From Candidatus Methanophagales archaeon ANME-1-THS (GTDB lineage: Archaea > Halobacteriota > Syntropharchaeia > Alkanophagales > Methanospirareceae): a stretch of DNA of 40,269 nt. The notes below the pieces were generated by a model. It saw only the letters and a program-made list of their open reading frames with translations. It was not told the DNA's origin and made no database searches. The translations under genes and the position numbers were made by a program. The stretch lies in assembly GCA_004212135.1 (NCBI GenBank), contig RXIE01000128.1:1-40269 (forward strand). Reading direction: 5' to 3'. Below are positions 37,001-40,269 of the stretch, in pieces (the stretch's first letter is position 1; every line of letters begins with the position of its first letter).

Positions 37001-37265
37001 CTTCCACTTTGACCGGTGGTGGAATCCAGCGGTGGAAAATCAGGCAACCGACCGCGTCTTCCGCATCGGGCAGAAGAAAAATGTTCAGGTTCATAAGTTC
37101 GTGTGCATTGGCACGCTTGAGGAACGAATAGACCTGATGATAGAGCAGAAGAAAGAACTCGCAGAATCTATTATCAGCACTGGCGAAGCGTGGCTCACCG
37201 AATTATCAACAGATCAGCTCAAAGAGGTGTTCAGATTGAGTAGTGATGCTGTAAGAGGTGATTAA
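34098..37265 (+). CDS. SNF2-family (SWI2/SNF2, HepA/RapA-like) helicase/translocase with bacterial-type N-terminal SNF2-associated domain
   Basis: Helicase motifs: [53 protein letters not shown], and [42 protein letters not shown]. The N-terminal region contains [35 protein letters not shown]. Confidence 0.9.
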   Translation: [1055 protein letters not shown]

Positions 37266-37266
37266 A

Positions 37267-38199
37267 ATGGGGTGGGGGAGCTACTGGGGTTATTACAAAC
37301 CAGCAAAGCCGAAAGAAGTAAAAGAGGGCATAAAAGCAAAGAGCAAACGAGGAGCAATTGGTGAGACATGGTGGTCAAAACGGTGGATAGATGTGCTTGA
37401 ATCCTTCGATATGGGTGCAAGACTGAGCCGTGGGCGGTCTTACGCTCGCAAAGGGCAGGTGATCTCAATTGATGTCCAGAAAGGCATTGTCATCGCGAAG
37501 GTTCAGGGCACACGACCAAAACCCTACGATGTGAGAATCCAATTGAACCCGATTGCTGAACAGGATTGGGACAAAGTAACGGATGCAATGGCGTCAAAGG
37601 CGATATTTGCGGCTAAGTTGCTCTCGGGAGAAATGCCGCTCGACATCGAGGATGCTTTTAGCGAAGCTGGCATTGCTCTTTTTCCGAGAGCCAAGAAAGA
37701 ACTCGAAACTGATTGCTCGTGCCCCGATTGGGCAAATCCATGCAAACATATCGCCGCAGTTTATTACCTCTTAGCAGAGCGGTTTGATGAAGACCCATTT
37801 CTTATCTTCAAACTACGTGGTCGAACAAAGGAAGAGATTATTGATGCTCTCCGTGAAAAACGTGCTGCTGCCGCAACTGTGGAAGAAGAAAGCGAAGTGA
37901 TAGCCGAGGGCGCTGTTTCCATCCATGGTGAGGAAGTCCGACCATTGGAGGAATGCCTGGATTCTTTCTGGCATGTGGGTGATGCATTAAATTCATTCTC
38001 CGTCAATCCCGCTCGTCCAGAGGTAGAGAATGCGATTCTTAAACGGCTGGGAGATGCTCCTTTCTCCATTGGTAAAGTTAACCTCACTTCTTTGCTCTCA
38101 AAAGCATACGAGGTGGCAAGCAGTGCAGCATTACATAAGGCATCCATGGAATCGGAAGAGGATTGCAAGAAGCAGGAACGTAATAAAAAGATTAAATAA
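37267..38199 (+). CDS. SWIM zinc-finger protein (COG4279-type partner of SNF2 ATPases)
   Basis: ATG 37267 begins two nt after the SNF2 stop codon, and GAGGTGAT lies 4 nt upstream. CSCPDWANPCKH (CxCx6CxH) is at 37714-37749. The N-terminal module is WWSKRW...RLSRGRSYARKGQV. Confidence 0.8.
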   Translation: MGWGSYWGYYKPAKPKEVKEGIKAKSKRGAIGETWWSKRWIDVLESFDMGARLSRGRSYARKGQVISIDVQKGIVIAKVQGTRPKPYDVRIQLNPIAEQDWDKVTDAMASKAIFAAKLLSGEMPLDIEDAFSEAGIALFPRAKKELETDCSCPDWANPCKHIAAVYYLLAERFDEDPFLIFKLRGRTKEEIIDALREKRAAAATVEEESEVIAEGAVSIHGEEVRPLEECLDSFWHVGDALNSFSVNPARPEVENAILKRLGDAPFSIGKVNLTSLLSKAYEVASSAALHKASMESEEDCKKQERNKKIK

Positions 38200-38767
38200 A
38201 GCCACTTAGAGAAGCAAAAGTAAAATCAATTACCCTTAAGTTATATCAGAAAACTTTAAGGCTCTCGTTCACTATTTCCATCTTTCCAGTAAGGAATAAG
38301 GTCTGTTAAAGCCTTATTTTTGCAACGCAATCTTAAGTATTTCTAGAACTTAAAGGACTTTAGATAATTAATAAATATTCTATCATCCCGTGCGACTTAC
38401 CTAGTTTATCTGTCGCAGGCGCATAAAGCCCTTACTTCTTATAAAAGGGAGTTTATACATAAATAATTTCGCTTTTTTGCACCAATGAGAAAGAATTGAA
38501 CCATTAGGTTTGAAAAGAAAGCCTCTGGGTCTTATTCACAGTTGTGTTGTCGTCGATAACTTCACAATATTGAGATAATGCGAAATTTTATTAGAGAGGA
38601 TATGTAGAAATAGATGTGGTCTTATGATAAGACAGGTAGAAGAAGGGGATACGAAAGGGGGGATTATTATTCCGAAGGATAAGTTTGAGGAGTTTATGGA
38701 GTTTCAAAGGAGGTGGGTGAAACATGATTGAAAAACGATGTATAAAAAGCAGTCAGTTAGAGGGAGG

Positions 38768-38790
38768 TATATGCGACATTGTCGCATATA
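38768..38790. promoter_or_regulatory. Perfect palindrome TATATGCGACA-T-TGTCGCATATA
   Basis: Read directly: 11-bp arms with a 1-nt centre. A second, related palindrome lies 17 nt downstream. Confidence 0.6.
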
Positions 38791-38806
38791 ACCCAAAATT
38801 GGAAGG

Positions 38807-38827
38807 ATATACGACACTGTCGTATAT
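38807..38827. promoter_or_regulatory. Perfect palindrome ATATACGACA-C-TGTCGTATAT
   Basis: Read directly: 10-bp arms. It shares the consensus ATAT(G/A)CGACA-N-TGTCG(C/T)ATAT with 38768-38790. Confidence 0.6.
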
Positions 38828-38989
38828 GAACGAGTTATACGCCATAGGGCTGAAAGCACGAAAACCTGAAAGGAGGTTGATAATATGGGATTGAATCCGG
38901 GAGACTTAGAGAAAGTTCCGAAAGAAATGAGTATAAGGGAGTGCTACGAACGAATCTATAATTAGCACAAGAAATATGGGCAGAAAAGA

Positions 38990-39313
38990 ATGAAGGAAAA
39001 ATACGGACGCGATGATGCATACAGTAAAGCGTATTTGGATCTAGTAGATGCTCTCCCTTCGCCAAAGAAAGCTACCCAAGAAGATATGGATTTCGTATTT
39101 GGTGAGGTTATATCAATGCTAATGGAGTGGTCATACCACGAGGCAGATGAATATGGAATCAAAATTGCGGCATATGCTCACTTTGCCTTAGATAAGCAGT
39201 ATGCCAATGGTTTCCAAGATGAAAGATTTAGAAAAAGTAGAGAAACTTCAAAGCTTTTTGGTGAATTTGGTTATCCAAAATGGAAGGAGAAATATGAGAA
39301 GAAAGATGCATAA
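38990..39313 (+). CDS. Hypothetical protein
   Basis: ATG ORF of 107 aa with no recognisable motif and a weak RBS. It is the only sizeable ORF between the SWIM gene and the RES-like gene. Confidence 0.35.
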   Translation: MKEKYGRDDAYSKAYLDLVDALPSPKKATQEDMDFVFGEVISMLMEWSYHEADEYGIKIAAYAHFALDKQYANGFQDERFRKSRETSKLFGEFGYPKWKEKYEKKDA

Positions 39314-39475
39314 CGACGCTTTCAGCCCTACACGCCCTAACGGGCTGGCGTATAACAGAGCGTATCTGGCTACGGTGCTTCGCACTTCCGCCTAAATTCC
39401 TCGCTTCGCTCGGAACTTCGGATACGCTCAGCCGTTATGTGCTATATTATTCAAAACTTAAAGAAGGGTAAATAA

Positions 39476-40269
39476 ATGGAAGTTCCAATTAAACCCTCAA
39501 GCAAAGAGGAAATACAAAAGGCTATTAAAACCATAAAAGAACTAGACCTTAAATCAGCAGAAATAGATACTATAAAAGAACTCTTAACACCTATTTTTAA
39601 AGGGTATATTATAACTACTCCAAAGTTTAAACCTGGGCTAACTTTATACAGAGGGAGATGTTTCGAAAACAAACCAACAAACATCAGTGAGATAACATAT
39701 CCACCAAAAGAACGTATTAGAAGTGTCCAGAGGGTAAATAGAGCAGGTCATCCCGTTTTTTATTGTAGTACAGCTAGAGAAGCTTTATTTTTTGAATTAG
39801 ATGTAAAACCTAAGGATAAAATTGTGGTTTCAAAATGGGAAACGACAAAAGAACTACTAGTTAATAACGTCGGTTACACAAGAACCTGTTTTTCTAATTT
39901 AAAATCTAATAGAGAAAGTCAAACTTGGGGGGAAATTAAGAAGGAAATTAATATTCCGGAAACCAACAATTTGGTTAATGAATTTCTTTCTCAAGAATTC
40001 ACTAAGATTGTCCCTGCCGAAAAAGAATATCTTTATAAAATATCAATAGCTATTGCAGAAAAACTTTTCTCAGATGATCTGTTTGACGGTCTACTCTATC
40101 CAACAATTCCTATGAAAGCGAATGCAGACAACCTTGCATTAAAACCTAGATACATTGACGAAAAGAAAATAGCTATCAAAACGGTTGAGTACATTCAAAT
40201 TGATACCAAGGAAGATTTTAAGTATAAAATAACTGTTTTAGATTTTGCGAACTCTTATCTCATCATAGT
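39476..40269 (+). CDS. RES-domain toxin-like protein, 3'-partial (runs off window; not in ORF track)
   Basis: I translated from ATG 39476 and found 264 codons without a stop up to the window end. LYRGR...PPKERIRSVQRVNRAGHPVFYCSTAREALFFEL and GLLYPTIPMKANADNLALKP follow the RES pattern as I recall it (R..N..G.PV.Y.S....A..E ... (S/T)...N.al.P), with Thr where the canonical Ser sits. G+C is about one-third, e.g. 19 of 60 in 39481-39540. Confidence 0.55.
   Translation, partial: MEVPIKPSSKEEIQKAIKTIKELDLKSAEIDTIKELLTPIFKGYIITTPKFKPGLTLYRGRCFENKPTNISEITYPPKERIRSVQRVNRAGHPVFYCSTAREALFFELDVKPKDKIVVSKWETTKELLVNNVGYTRTCFSNLKSNRESQTWGEIKKEINIPETNNLVNEFLSQEFTKIVPAEKEYLYKISIAIAEKLFSDDLFDGLLYPTIPMKANADNLALKPRYIDEKKIAIKTVEYIQIDTKEDFKYKITVLDFANSYLII

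Noticed and set aside
38624-38731. 35-codon ORF (MIRQVEEGDTKGGIIIPKDKFEEFMEFQRRWVKHD) that vaguely resembles an AbrB/MazE-type antitoxin strand, and 22-26-codon ORFs at 38825 and 38886.
   Set aside because: They are too short and too weakly similar to call. I mention them only as candidates for binding the nearby palindromes.
39201-39395. 64-aa ORF overlapping the end of ORF 38990..39313 and the GC-rich inverted-repeat block.
   Set aside because: It is out of frame with the better ORF, has an Arg/Asn-rich shadow-like composition and lacks an RBS.
1-40269. Search for tRNA, rRNA and CRISPR arrays, including a tRNA as the integrase target.
   Set aside because: I found no T-loop-like GGTTCRAATCC sequences, no rRNA-like segments and no regularly spaced direct repeats. 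A by-eye scan cannot fully exclude a divergent tRNA fragment.
1-40269. Whether the window comes from a Borg-like giant extrachromosomal element.
   Set aside because: Genes are on both strands, housekeeping genes are present (TFB, homocysteine-type sulfurtransferase), G+C is moderate over most of the window, and there are no pervasive perfect tandem repeats.
1-40269. In-frame TAG/TGA recoding (pyrrolysine or selenocysteine).
   Set aside because: No methylamine methyltransferase-like or selenoprotein-like gene is present, and no long ORF is interrupted by a single in-frame stop. The only exception is the KaiC/GvpD-like locus, where the breaks are frame changes rather than stops alone.

Overview
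Archaeal chromosomal segment. My best guess is a methanogen/ANME-type member of the Methanomicrobia, based on a TFB gene, TATA boxes about 25 nt upstream of leaderless ATGs, PGF-pre-PGF-type surface proteins and a DUF39-CBS sulfurtransferase; this lineage call is inference only. Content in order: (i) 1-13.6 kb, a same-strand cluster of three cell-surface proteins. It is dominated by a 3,498-aa mosaic protein that begins with an exported thioredoxin-fold domain and a 23-Cys module. (ii) 13.6-17.4 kb, an overlapping DUF39-CBS + radical-SAM-like gene pair and an orphan ABC ATPase. (iii) 17.4-20.9 kb, a small, partly AT-rich integrated element: tyrosine integrase with a coiled-coil tail, excisionase-like HTH, HhH-GPD glycosylase-like cargo and orphan ORFs. 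(iv) 20.9-24.4 kb, a four-gene NDP-sugar pyrophosphorylase / glycogen-synthase-like operon. (v) 24.6-29.7 kb, regulators: an apparently decayed two-domain KaiC/GvpD-like ATPase with a wHTH gene, and a PAS histidine kinase with a REC-Roadblock response regulator. (vi) 30-33.7 kb, TFB and a PAP2 phosphatase flanked by gene fragments. (vii) 33.7-40.3 kb, an accessory-looking block with a bacterial-type SNF2 helicase + SWIM zinc-finger pair, twin palindromes, and an AT-rich RES-domain toxin-like ORF that runs off the window and is absent from the ORF track. I saw no rRNA, tRNA or CRISPR array. The best candidates for something new are the SNF2-SWIM/RES block, the integrase element with glycosylase-like cargo, the thioredoxin-headed giant surface protein, the REC-Roadblock two-component pair and the DUF39 + radical-SAM-like pair. 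None can be proven from sequence alone. All domain names are from motif recognition by eye, not from database searches.
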